DNA of 64,000 nt from Gammaproteobacteria bacterium (GTDB lineage: Bacteria; Pseudomonadota; Gammaproteobacteria; QNFE01). Below are positions 51,013 to 61,369 of the stretch, piece by piece. Where the stretch lies: positions 1,442 to 65,441 of the forward strand of contig QNFE01000003.1 in the NCBI GenBank assembly GCA_003645455.1, in the 5' to 3' direction. Below the pieces are notes generated by a model that saw nothing but the letters and a program-made list of their open reading frames with translations, was not told the origin of the DNA and searched no databases. Position 1 is the first letter of the stretch. Every line of letters starts with the position of its first letter. The position numbers and the translations under genes are program-made.

Positions 51013-51535
51013 ATAAAATTTGTTTTAAAAAACTATAAATCTGCTTAATGTTATTGATATCTAACAAAGTCAAAGAGTTGGGTAGATTTATTTTATAATC
51101 ACTTGCCACCGCAATTATTTTTTTATCAATCCTGTATAACAATTCATTCTTTAACTCTTTTCTGTTTATTTCTATTTTAAGGTAATCTTCGTTTTTAAAG
51201 CCCTCAACAATAATTAAATCTAAATTATCCTGATTCAATCTGTTTAATTCGTCTTGCAAATTTGGTATATGTTCTTTTTTTCTATTAGCCATCATAACCC
51301 ACTTATATGGAGAACTCAACAAAACACAAGATGCTCCACAAGATCTGAGCTTATAACTATCTTTGCCAGGAATATCAATGTCAAAATTATGATGAGAACC
51401 TTTAATAACAGCAACATTTATGTTGTCATCATCAAACATTTTCAATAATTTACAAATGAGAGTAGTTTTTCCTGTGCCACTTTTGGCAACAAAACCAATA
51501 ATGGGTATTTTTTTCATATGATTAGGCATTTGCAT
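50999..51535 (-). CDS. mobB: Molybdopterin-guanine dinucleotide biosynthesis adapter MobB
   Basis: GFVAKSGTGKTTL P-loop. Confidence 0.65.
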   Translation of the reverse strand: MQMPNHMKKIPIIGFVAKSGTGKTTLICKLLKMFDDDNINVAVIKGSHHNFDIDIPGKDSYKLRSCGASCVLLSSPYKWVMMANRKKEHIPNLQDELNRLNQDNLDLIIVEGFKNEDYLKIEINRKELKNELLYRIDKKIIAVASDYKINLPNSLTLLDINNIKQIYSFLKQILFTTS

Positions 51536-51621
51536 AGTTTAACAAATAATACTTGCTAACAATACAATAATTTTATTTTAAATTTGTTAAAATATGCAAT
51601 ATCTAACAAGAAATTTTTTTA

Positions 51622-52854
51622 ATGACCAACACAACTCTTTTTATTATTTTATTTTTTTTAATAATTATTTCTGGATTCTTTTCAGGGTCTGAGACCGCTT
51701 TGATGAAAATTAACCGACACAGGTTAAAGTATCTAAAAAATAAAGGTCACAAAGCTGCAATAATTACCGAAAAACTACTGCAAAGAACAGATAAACTTAT
51801 CGGCATAATTCTGCTTGGCAATAATTTTGTCAATATATTAGCATCAGCTATTGCAACAATTATCGCAATGCGTATCTCAGGTGAGGGGGCAATTGCTATT
51901 GCAACCGGAACCCTAACCTTAGTTATTTTGATATTTGCCGAACTTGCCCCTAAAACTCTTGGAGCTCATCATCCTGAAAAATTTAGCTTTATATCAGCAT
52001 ACATTTATCGTATCTTGTTATTTGTTTTATACCCATTGATTTGGTTTATAAACCTAATTGCTAATAATTTATTAAAATTATTTGGAGTTAGTTTGGATGA
52101 TAAAAAAATTGATATAAGTCGCGATGAATTACGCAATATTGTCGAAGAAGCAAGTGGCAACAATCCTCATGATTATCTAACGATGCTGACAAATGTCATT
52201 GATTTGGAAAAAATTACTATTGATGATATAATGATTCCTCGCAACAAGATAATAGGTATAGATATCAACGAATCATGGCAAGAAAATGAGCAATTTATTG
52301 TGGATTCTCCATATATCCGGTTGCCAGTTTATTCTGACACCATCGATAATATCAAAGGCATAATACATTTAAAAACAATAATAAATTCACAAATTGACAA
52401 AAAAACTATCCTTGATAATTGTCGCGATCCAATATTTGCTCCTCAAAACACATCCCTCACCGATCAATTATTAAAATTTCAACTATTAAAAAGAAGAACT
52501 GCATTTGTTGTTGATGAATACGGTAGCATAGTAGGTCTTAGCACATTAGAGGATATCTTAGAGGAAATAGTGGGGGATTTTACCAATCAGAACTCCCATC
52601 AAACCAACAAAATAATAAAACAAAGTAAGGGCTCCTATGTAATAGATGCAAGCATCAGTTTGCGTTTATTGAATTCCAGCCTTGGATTGAAGCTCCCTTT
52701 GAACTCTGCTAAAACTCTCAATGGATATATTTTAGAATATTTGAAGGATATTCCTAAAAAAGGAGTGAGTTTTTTACTGCAAGATAACCCATTGGAGGTT
52801 ATGAGAATACAAAACAACCAAGTGCGAACAGTCAAGTTAATAAAAATAAAATGA
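51622..52854 (+). CDS. CNNM/HlyC/CorC-family transporter (DUF21 + CBS pair + CorC_HlyC)
   Basis: N-terminal 4-TM DUF21, tandem CBS region, C-terminal transporter-associated domain. Confidence 0.7.
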   Translation: MTNTTLFIILFFLIIISGFFSGSETALMKINRHRLKYLKNKGHKAAIITEKLLQRTDKLIGIILLGNNFVNILASAIATIIAMRISGEGAIAIATGTLTLVILIFAELAPKTLGAHHPEKFSFISAYIYRILLFVLYPLIWFINLIANNLLKLFGVSLDDKKIDISRDELRNIVEEASGNNPHDYLTMLTNVIDLEKITIDDIMIPRNKIIGIDINESWQENEQFIVDSPYIRLPVYSDTIDNIKGIIHLKTIINSQIDKKTILDNCRDPIFAPQNTSLTDQLLKFQLLKRRTAFVVDEYGSIVGLSTLEDILEEIVGDFTNQNSHQTNKIIKQSKGSYVIDASISLRLLNSSLGLKLPLNSAKTLNGYILEYLKDIPKKGVSFLLQDNPLEVMRIQNNQVRTVKLIKIK

Positions 52855-54215
52855 GCAAAGATAAGATTCAATATATTTGTAAAAATTGTCAAGCTACTGC
52901 AATAAAATGGTCAGGGCAATGCACAAAATGTCATAATTGGAATTGTTTAGAGCAAATCAAGGTTGCTCTTAATATGCCAGATAAAATGATTGCGACAAAC
53001 TATGCAGGATCTCAAAAACAAAGCGAGGTTATGTATTTATCACAAATAAAACCACAGCAACAAATTCGCAACACAACCAACATAAGTGAATTAGATCGTG
53101 TGCTCGGAGGTGGCTTGGTTATAGGATCGGTAGTTTTAATCGGTGGAGATCCTGGAATAGGAAAATCAACCCTTCTTTTGCAAGCTGCGATCAATCTTAG
53201 CACAACATACAAAGTTTTGTATATAACCGGAGAAGAATCTCTGCAACAGGTGTCACTTCGAAGTAAAAGATTAGAAATGCCCCCTAATGATTTGATGATT
53301 TTATGTGAGACAGGAATAGAGCATATCCAAGAGATAACAGCAAAACATCAACCGCAAGTTTTAGTTATTGATTCTATTCAAACTATATATAGTACCAACA
53401 TAAACTCATCTCCTGGTAGCGTATCACAGGTAAAAGAGTGCACAGCAGCATTGGTTCGTTTTGCCAAACAAACCCAAACATCAGTTTTTATCATAGGTCA
53501 TGTTACCAAAGAAGGAGCCATAGCAGGACCTAGAATTTTGGAGCACATGGTTGATACTGTTTTATATTTTGAAGGAGATAGCAACGCAAGGTTTCGTATT
53601 ATTCGCTGTGTTAAAAATCGCTTTGGGGCAGCTGATGAGATAGGTGTATTTGTGATGAGCGACAAGGGGCTTTTGCCTGTATCAAATCCATCTGCTATTT
53701 TTTTATCACAACACTCATCTGATGTATCAGGATCTGTTATAATGGTGACATATGAGGGAACAAGACCGCTATTGTTAGAGATTCAAGCCTTGGTTGATGT
53801 AGCATACGGTCAGACAAGAAGATTAACCTTGGGGCTTGATCACAATCGTTTAGCAATGTTGCTTGCAGTATTGCATCAACATACAGGGCTTGCTATGTTT
53901 GACCAAGATGTCTATATCAATATTGTAGGAGGAGTTAGAATAAATGAAACTGCGGCAGATTTAGCCGTAGTATGTGCCTGCATATCATCATTTAAAAAAA
54001 TAGCAATATCTAACAAAACTATTATTTTTGGCGAGATAGGTTTAGCAGGTGAAATTCGTCCTGTTCCAAATGGGGAGCAAAGATTACAAGAGGCATTAAA
54101 GCATGGTTATACACATGCTATAATACCACGAGCTAATCACCCAAAAAATAAAATAAAGAATATGAATATAGTATCTATAGATAGGCTGTCACAGGTTATA
54201 GACCACATATTGTAG
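52851..54215 (+). CDS. radA: DNA repair protein RadA/Sms
   Basis: C4 zinc finger CKNCQ...CTKCHNW; GGDPGIGKSTL Walker A; Lon-like C-terminus. Confidence 0.85.
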   Translation: MSKDKIQYICKNCQATAIKWSGQCTKCHNWNCLEQIKVALNMPDKMIATNYAGSQKQSEVMYLSQIKPQQQIRNTTNISELDRVLGGGLVIGSVVLIGGDPGIGKSTLLLQAAINLSTTYKVLYITGEESLQQVSLRSKRLEMPPNDLMILCETGIEHIQEITAKHQPQVLVIDSIQTIYSTNINSSPGSVSQVKECTAALVRFAKQTQTSVFIIGHVTKEGAIAGPRILEHMVDTVLYFEGDSNARFRIIRCVKNRFGAADEIGVFVMSDKGLLPVSNPSAIFLSQHSSDVSGSVIMVTYEGTRPLLLEIQALVDVAYGQTRRLTLGLDHNRLAMLLAVLHQHTGLAMFDQDVYINIVGGVRINETAADLAVVCACISSFKKIAISNKTIIFGEIGLAGEIRPVPNGEQRLQEALKHGYTHAIIPRANHPKNKIKNMNIVSIDRLSQVIDHIL

Positions 54216-54226
54216 ATATTGTCAAA

Positions 54227-55057
54227 TTAGTTATCAATATTAGCCTGTTTGGCTTGCATTATTATCCCAAAATAAGGGTGATCAAAATAATAATTCTCAC
54301 CTAATTCTATGGTTTGATTTTGTTGCAATCTATATATATTGGTTTTTTTAAAGTCAAGTTTTGCAAACCAACTATCCAAAAAATCTAAGGCTTTGATGTT
54401 GATAATTTGATCTAATTTTTTTGTAGGTTTTAACATAACAACGTCTACATAAAAAATAAATTTTTTTTTATCGTTATATTTCAATAGAATAGACCCATCA
54501 AATTCGTGTAATTTTTTAACATTATGACTATTATTGTCTTTGATTTGTCTTATGAATTCTGGGTGTAATTTATTTTGTTTTTCGTTTATAATTTTCATAA
54601 CAAACTGTTGTCTCCATTGTTGTTGTAAATCATCAAAGGCTATAATGCGAGTCTTGTTATATTTTATGTTGATAGCATTTAATATTCCAGTAGGGCTAAA
54701 AATTAGATGCTCCTTACCATTTGTTATTCTCACAGGGTTATTAACATCAACAACAGGCTGTATATAACTGATATATTTAATTATTTTGTATTTACCTTCG
54801 TTTGATTTTAATTTATCTAACACGTCTTTTAACAGGGTTGGTTGAGTTATTTTAAAGCCGTATTCTTCAAGTTTTTTTAGAGTAAAATATTGTTCTGTTT
54901 CAGGAATAGATGTGTTTTTATTATTGTCCGTATTCTTATTTTTAACAACATTTAAGTGTTTAAAAATAATTAATTCTACCTGTATATTATTTTTGTCGTC
55001 TGATATGGCAGGCATAGCATAAAATAGGGCAATGGCAAATATTATAAGTTTTTTCAT
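54227..55057 (-). CDS. Secreted hypothetical protein (C-terminal YYFDHPYFGII motif)
   Basis: Signal peptide; no assignable function. Confidence 0.3.
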   Translation of the reverse strand: MKKLIIFAIALFYAMPAISDDKNNIQVELIIFKHLNVVKNKNTDNNKNTSIPETEQYFTLKKLEEYGFKITQPTLLKDVLDKLKSNEGKYKIIKYISYIQPVVDVNNPVRITNGKEHLIFSPTGILNAINIKYNKTRIIAFDDLQQQWRQQFVMKIINEKQNKLHPEFIRQIKDNNSHNVKKLHEFDGSILLKYNDKKKFIFYVDVVMLKPTKKLDQIINIKALDFLDSWFAKLDFKKTNIYRLQQNQTIELGENYYFDHPYFGIIMQAKQANIDN

Positions 55058-58000
55058 AGTTTAATTTTCTCTATAAGTGACACAATAAAGTTTATTTTTT
55101 CATCATCTGTGGCAAGTGTTTTGTTAAATTCTAACCTATTATTATTTTTTAATTTATATATTTCAGGTTTGTCGGCAATTAGTTTAATTAAATTTGTCAT
55201 ATTTATTTTAGGATTATTTAAAATTTCCATATAACCACCGTCCTCATTCAATTGCATAGTTTTTATATTCATATGTTGCAATTGTAACCTAATTTGAGTT
55301 TGAAAAATCAAGTTTTTTAATTGTTTTGGTAATAAACCAAATCTATCAATTAACTCTAATTGAATACCATATAGAGATTTTTTATCAACCGAAGCGGCAA
55401 TTTTTTTATAAAATACTAAACGTGTATTGATGTCAAAAATATAGGTCTCAGGGATCAGGGCAGGAATATCTATTTCAATACTGGTTTTTTTCTCATCCAT
55501 TAATAGGTTATCAAGATTAGTAACCTTGCCTGTTTTTAGGATTGCAATTGTTTTTTGCAATATTTCCAAATAAAGATTGTAACCTATCTGTTGCATCTGT
55601 CCGCTTTGCTCTTCGCCCAAGATTTCTCCTGCACCACGGATTTCCATATCGTGGCTTGCTAAGGTAAAACCTGCTCCGAGATTATGAGTTTTTTCTATTG
55701 CCTCTAATCTTTTGATGCCATTTTTTGTTATTAAATTTTTATCAGGTATCAGTAAATAAGCATAGGCTTGATGAGACGATCTACCGACTCGTCCTCGTAA
55801 TTGATGCAATTGTGCTAAGCCTAATTTATCAGCACGGTTGATTATAATAGTGTTAGCAGCTGCTATATCTATACCAGATTCAATAATAGTTGTTGCCACC
55901 AAAATATCAAATTTTTGCTCTGAAAACTCCATCATAACTCTCTCTAATTGAGTTTCGTTCATTTGTCCGTGGGCAAAATCAATCTTAGCATTTGGCAATA
56001 AAGAAGATAAGTTGCGACACATTTTGTTGATGGTTTGCACATTGTTATGCAAAAAATAAACCAAACCTCCTCTTGATATTTCACGATTTATAGCATCAAC
56101 GATAATGTTATCATCCCATTGAGTTATAAAAGTTTTTATCTCTAATCTCTCAGGAGGTGGCGAAGCAATTATAGACAATTCTTTTAGTCCTGATAGACCA
56201 AAATTCAATGTTCTAGGAATAGGGGTGGCAGTCATGGTTAGAATATCAATATTAAGCCGATAGGTTTTTAATTTTTCTTTATGACGAACTCCAAAACGAT
56301 GCTCCTCGTCAATAACAATAAGCCCTAGGTTTTTAAATTTATTATCACGACTTAATAATTTATGGGTACCAATAACAATATCCATCTCACCTGATAGCAT
56401 TTTTGCACGAATTTCTTTTGTTTGTTTGGTCGTAGAAAAACGCGATAAAGCTGCAATATTGATAGGGTGATTAGCAAATCTATCAATAAAACTTTCATGG
56501 TGTTGCATAGCAAGTAGAGTGGTGGGGACTAAAATTATAGTCTGTCTATCAGATCCTGCACAAATAAAAGCAGCTCTCATAGCAACTTCTGTTTTACCAA
56601 AACCTACATCTCCGCAGATAACTCGATCCATAGGTTGTTTTTTTGCCATATCATTTTCAATATCATAGATAGCTTTTGCCTGATCTGTTGTTTCAATAAA
56701 TTCAAACTCTCGAACAAATTTTTGATAAGATTTTTTATCAATTTTGTGGGAGAAGCCCTCTACCATCTGCCTTTTTGCATTCAATTCTAAAAGGGCAACC
56801 GCTGTATCGCGAATTTTTTTAGTGGCTTTTTTTTTCTCTTTTTCCCATCTGTTATTACCTAAACTATGCAAAGGAGCATTTTCAGAGCTTGTTCCAGTAT
56901 AACGAGAAATCAGATTTAAATTAGCAACCGGGATATAAAGATAAGATTCGTTAGCAAAATTAAGCTTAATAAACTCCGTCTGGCTGTTTTTTAAAAATAA
57001 CCCCAATCCACCAAAACGAGAAATGCCATAATCCATATGAACCAGAGCATCACCCAGATTCAAATCTTCTAAATTGTTAATAATATTGCCTGAATATGTA
57101 TTTTTTTGTTGGGTTTTGCTGTCAATAATAGCTTTATATTTAGTTAATGTATCATCACAGATAATAGATGTATCTATTTGTTTTAATAGATAATTATAAT
57201 TTGATGACGGTGCGACAATTAATTTTATTCTGCTGTTATTTTCTTTGAGTTGTTGATATGTTTCACAAAGAGTGGAATCTATTGCAAAGTCAGATAGGGC
57301 ATCTTGAATAATTAAAGCCTTGCCTGCTGAATGACAGGTGATAATAATTGATCCTGTGTGTGTTTGGGAATAAGCAACAAAAGATTTAATAGCATTTTTA
57401 TCAATTTTAGAATAGTTAAATTTATCAATAACTTGCAGTGTTTTTTTGAGAGGTTTTTTGTCTTCGGTAAAATAATAATTTTCTTTACTTTCTATTGTTT
57501 TTTTTATCGTTGCAGGGTCAAGATAAAGCTGTGAAACATCTAAAATAGGTTTATTTTTTTCTGTTAAATAAGCATATCTGCTATGACATATCTTAAAAAA
57601 ATCATCCATACTCTGCATAGATTTATCAAAAACAAAAGTTGCATAATTCTCAGGTAAATAATTAAATATAGTTGCCATCTCTTTGAAAAACAAAGGAATA
57701 TAATATTCAACTCCTGCGAATGTTTTGCCCTCCGATATTTTTTCATACATTGTATCAGAGCGGTAGGTGGGGAACTTTAAACGATAATTGTTACGAAAAA
57801 AATCAATGGAGTTGTCGTCCAATAAAAACTCTTTGGCAGGCAAAACTTCTATTTTATCAATTTTTTCAATAGTTCGTTGGTCAGATGTAGCAAAAATTCT
57901 AATAGATTCAATCTCATTATCAAATAACTCAATCCTAAAAGGATTTTTAGCAGCCATGGGATACAAATCAATAATTGATCCACGAATAGCATATTCTCCG

Positions 58001-58485
58001 TGTTTTTCTACCTGTGATACTCGGGTCCACATCATCTGTTCTAATTGAGATTTTAAATCATCTATATCCAATATATCGTTGTTTTTTAAAAGAAATACAT
58101 TTGATTTCAAAAAATTACTGGGAACTATTTTTTGCATTAAAACATTTGCAGTTATGATTAAAAAACCTTTTTTAATTGTTGGTAACCTATATAGGGTTTT
58201 AAGTCTTTGGGAAATAATTTGATTAAAAGGAGAAAAGCCATCATATGGCAGAGTTTCATAATCAGCAAAATGCATAATGTTAGTGTCATCTACATCTGTC
58301 ATAACAAACTTTAAAGTTTTTTCTAAATCAGTTGCATGTTTTTTGTCGCTACATATCAATAAGCAAAATTTTTTCTCGTTTTTATTTTTTTGCATAAAAT
58401 GCTTTAACATCAAAGATGTGGCATATAAAGGCACAGCAGGATTTATAGGTTTTAAAGCAAAATCAAAACTCATACAACTAAACAA
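55054..58485 (-). CDS. mfd: Transcription-repair coupling factor Mfd
   Basis: 1143 aa; GDVGFGKTEVA helicase motif I; DEEHRFGV motif II. Confidence 0.85.
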   Translation of the reverse strand: MFSCMSFDFALKPINPAVPLYATSLMLKHFMQKNKNEKKFCLLICSDKKHATDLEKTLKFVMTDVDDTNIMHFADYETLPYDGFSPFNQIISQRLKTLYRLPTIKKGFLIITANVLMQKIVPSNFLKSNVFLLKNNDILDIDDLKSQLEQMMWTRVSQVEKHGEYAIRGSIIDLYPMAAKNPFRIELFDNEIESIRIFATSDQRTIEKIDKIEVLPAKEFLLDDNSIDFFRNNYRLKFPTYRSDTMYEKISEGKTFAGVEYYIPLFFKEMATIFNYLPENYATFVFDKSMQSMDDFFKICHSRYAYLTEKNKPILDVSQLYLDPATIKKTIESKENYYFTEDKKPLKKTLQVIDKFNYSKIDKNAIKSFVAYSQTHTGSIIITCHSAGKALIIQDALSDFAIDSTLCETYQQLKENNSRIKLIVAPSSNYNYLLKQIDTSIICDDTLTKYKAIIDSKTQQKNTYSGNIINNLEDLNLGDALVHMDYGISRFGGLGLFLKNSQTEFIKLNFANESYLYIPVANLNLISRYTGTSSENAPLHSLGNNRWEKEKKKATKKIRDTAVALLELNAKRQMVEGFSHKIDKKSYQKFVREFEFIETTDQAKAIYDIENDMAKKQPMDRVICGDVGFGKTEVAMRAAFICAGSDRQTIILVPTTLLAMQHHESFIDRFANHPINIAALSRFSTTKQTKEIRAKMLSGEMDIVIGTHKLLSRDNKFKNLGLIVIDEEHRFGVRHKEKLKTYRLNIDILTMTATPIPRTLNFGLSGLKELSIIASPPPERLEIKTFITQWDDNIIVDAINREISRGGLVYFLHNNVQTINKMCRNLSSLLPNAKIDFAHGQMNETQLERVMMEFSEQKFDILVATTIIESGIDIAAANTIIINRADKLGLAQLHQLRGRVGRSSHQAYAYLLIPDKNLITKNGIKRLEAIEKTHNLGAGFTLASHDMEIRGAGEILGEEQSGQMQQIGYNLYLEILQKTIAILKTGKVTNLDNLLMDEKKTSIEIDIPALIPETYIFDINTRLVFYKKIAASVDKKSLYGIQLELIDRFGLLPKQLKNLIFQTQIRLQLQHMNIKTMQLNEDGGYMEILNNPKINMTNLIKLIADKPEIYKLKNNNRLEFNKTLATDDEKINFIVSLIEKIKL

Positions 58486-58746
58486 AAAAGAAAAAATTAT
58501 AGGTATTGTAAACCAAAACTAAAACCAATATTCAATTATTAACAAAACCATAAGATTCTAAGTTTGTTATAATGTTATTCATAACTAACAAATAACTTCG
58601 CATAATGTATATTATGTTAAATTACATAAAATAATAGATGGCAGCAATTTGACAGGATACATATGGGAGTGATTTTCTTGTTGGGGACGATTTATGGATG
58701 AGGAATAAAAAATATGGTTTTTTTATGGTTTTTTTGAAGTTTGTTA

Positions 58747-59991
58747 TCAAAGCCATTCTGCAATGACTTTGATATAATCATCTAAATTCTTTATGCTGTC
58801 ATTAGGAGATGATTTTGAGCTGGAATTGCTTGCAGGTAAGTTATGAGCAATATTATTCCTGATATTATTTATTTTTTTAAAAGTCTTGCCTATTTCTATT
58901 TCTTTTGTTGATAATTTTTTGTTGTTCTTATAATCACTCCAAGAAAATAAAATATCCTTAGCTTCTTTTCTGTTATCTTTATTTGTGTCGTCTAATTTTT
59001 CTTTTTTGCACATAATAGATACACTTGCCTCAGCAAGGCACATATACGCCATAGAAAAATTTTTATTTTCATGATACCATTTAGATAAATTAAGTTGAAA
59101 TTCTGGCAGTGATTGATTTTTGAATCTATTAAAAAAATCTTCTAAATCAGAAGCAATCAATGGCAATATTTTGTTGGATGATGTTTTAAAATTATCAATA
59201 GTTTGTGATAAACTGTTTATGCTTTTTTGTAAGGATCTCATATCTGAAATACTAATGGCATCAGATAATTGATTAAATTTTCCTGAAATATTTTTGTCAT
59301 CAATGTTGGTATTAATTAGTTTTTTAAGTTCAAAACTGTTACCATAGTTTTTAAGATTACTAATTGCCTGACCCCAACTTAACAACTCATAAAATATAGA
59401 AACATCTATGATTACAGAAGCCTCATCTTTTTTTAACATAGCATAAAAGATTCCTTTTATCTTAAAACCTGCACGAATTTTGCCAAATTCTGCCACAATT
59501 AAAGACATTATAGAATGAGACCTAAAAAGATGAGTAATGTCTAAATACAACTGATCTTGCTCGCTTAAGTTCTCTATTATTTTTTGAAATTTTTCAAAAA
59601 TACCCCATAATTCCTCTTGATTGTCTCCTGGAAGCACAACAAAACACTCAGATCCAGGTAATTTTTTACTAATTTTATCATTAAGTGGCTGTAAAAAGCA
59701 ATCATCAATATCTGCATTTTCTTTTTTTTCTAAAATTTTATATGCATAGTCACTGTCATCATTATCACTATAAATTTCGTTAATATTGTCCCACATTGAT
59801 TCGCTTGTACCAATTAAAAATAATCTATCAATTTTATACTTTTCAATTATAGGGTTGGTGGCATATTGTTGATTTCTATATAACTTATTGTTATTTTCAA
59901 ATTTGTAAGTAGTTGTAGTATAATTGTTTTTATTGTTATCGTTTTTAGCAGATTTGCCAGTTCCCAGCAAACTTATAAGAATCTTTGCCAT
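58747..59991 (-). CDS. Csx1/Csm6-like CARF-HEPN protein
   Basis: N-terminal CARF signatures (AKILISLLGTGK...; DITHLFRSHS); C-terminal HEPN R-X4-H (NNIRNNIAHNL); adjacent to CRISPR array. Confidence 0.6.
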   Translation of the reverse strand: MAKILISLLGTGKSAKNDNNKNNYTTTTYKFENNNKLYRNQQYATNPIIEKYKIDRLFLIGTSESMWDNINEIYSDNDDSDYAYKILEKKENADIDDCFLQPLNDKISKKLPGSECFVVLPGDNQEELWGIFEKFQKIIENLSEQDQLYLDITHLFRSHSIMSLIVAEFGKIRAGFKIKGIFYAMLKKDEASVIIDVSIFYELLSWGQAISNLKNYGNSFELKKLINTNIDDKNISGKFNQLSDAISISDMRSLQKSINSLSQTIDNFKTSSNKILPLIASDLEDFFNRFKNQSLPEFQLNLSKWYHENKNFSMAYMCLAEASVSIMCKKEKLDDTNKDNRKEAKDILFSWSDYKNNKKLSTKEIEIGKTFKKINNIRNNIAHNLPASNSSSKSSPNDSIKNLDDYIKVIAEWL

Positions 59992-60243
59992 TATTGTCAT
60001 TCCCCCCTATTTTGTAAAAAATTACACAATAACACAAAGTATGTTGATAAACAAAATTATCTTTTAAGGTTTTATGCTGTTATTCAAAGCAGGTAAAATA
60101 TTTGGCAAAGATTGGTCAGATATTAGGCTCAAATGAATCATGTCTTTGTGTTTAATTTTTTCAATCGACAGATATCAAGAACTGTAGCTATTTTTATAAT
60201 TGATAGGCCGTTTTTATACATTGGTTTGGACTATATTATTCTC

Positions 60244-60796
60244 ACCCTTATTCCCTCCCTTCTCTTTGTGCTTTACTAAATGCAGCCTCTTGGATATTTA
60301 ACAGTTAACAGTTATTAGTTGAGTTATCACTATTAATTTTTAACTATTCATTATTAACTATTTCAGTCGGGTCTCGGTCTCTGACAACAAGGGGACATGT
60401 CCCCTTGCCAAATTAGGGTGTCTTAATCCCCTCGGTGTTTTGTAATTGACAGAGGTAGTTAGAAAATTAGTATATTTGTGCCAGTGGTGAATTTTTAAAA
60501 AATAAACATAACTTGTTATGTTGTTTTTTACAAAATTTGACAATGGTGCAAAGATGCTGATTTAATGACTGCCTATGTTGATTACAAGACGCCATATGTC
60601 GGGTCTCGGTCTCTGACAACAAGGGGACATGTCCCCTTGTCAATAAAATAACCAGGTCTTAATCCCCTTTATGTCGAGCTTCTAATAATTGAAAATGGAG
60701 AGTTGATAATTGAGAATTTTGCATAACCTTACCTTGTGTTTTGTTTTATCCCATAATTTTGTTATACACAATTTTTGATTTTTAATTTTCAATTAT
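60244..60796. CRISPR. Degenerate array end: three split CRISPR repeats, each interrupted by a 100-165-nt insertion, with two spacers derived from the palindromic mini-element
   Basis: 5-prime repeat parts at 60246-60262, 60420-60437, 60656-60676; 3-prime repeat parts at 60366-60385, 60595-60617, 60797-60820; spacers 60386-60419 and 60618-60655. Confidence 0.55.
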
Positions 60797-61266
60797 TGTC
60801 GTCGGGTCTCGGTCTCTGACTTTAATAAACTTACGGCACTTATGCAATGTAAAAGCAGTCTTAATCCCCTTTATGTCGGGTCTCGGTCTCTGACCGAAAG
60901 GTTTTGTTCGTTCTGTTTCGTATACGAAAGGTCTTAATCCCCTTTATGTCGGGTCTCGGTCTCTGACCCTGTCAGTTACTGATGGTGGGATTAAAGATGC
61001 GTCTTAATCCCCTTTATGTCGGGTCTCGGTCTCTGACCAGAAGAAGTAATCGCCTGAAGAGGTAGTAAAATACAGTCTTAATCCCCTTTATGTCGGGTCT
61101 CGGTCTCTGACACAGAAATAATTGGTCGTGGCGAATGGCATAGTGCTTTGTCTTAATCCCCTTTATGTCGGGTCTCGGTCTCTGACTCTACCTCCTGTTT
61201 TTCACTTTTAAAAACAATTACTTACAGACCCCCGTTAACGGAAATCTGTCGTAGCGAAAATCTGAC
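60797..61266. CRISPR. CRISPR array: 37-nt repeat GTCTTAATCCCCTTTATGTCGGGTCTCGGTCTCTGAC, 5 full repeats (60858, 60931, 61001, 61075, 61150), one partial leading repeat, possible degenerate terminal repeat 61227-61266; spacers 33-40 nt
   Basis: Direct inspection: identical 37-mers regularly spaced with unique 33-38-nt spacers. Confidence 0.85.
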
Positions 61267-61369
61267 TATTTTTTTGAGTCAAAAACTGGTGTTTATTATA
61301 CAATTTTATGGTTTTAAAAGTCAAGGTTTTTTTTGATTTTGGGTGGCTTTGAGAGATTAGATTTCCTCC

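Noticed and set aside
60358-60543. 61-aa minus-strand ORF inside the CRISPR leader / split-repeat region
   Set aside because: It overlaps repeat fragments and a palindromic spacer, in a non-coding context.
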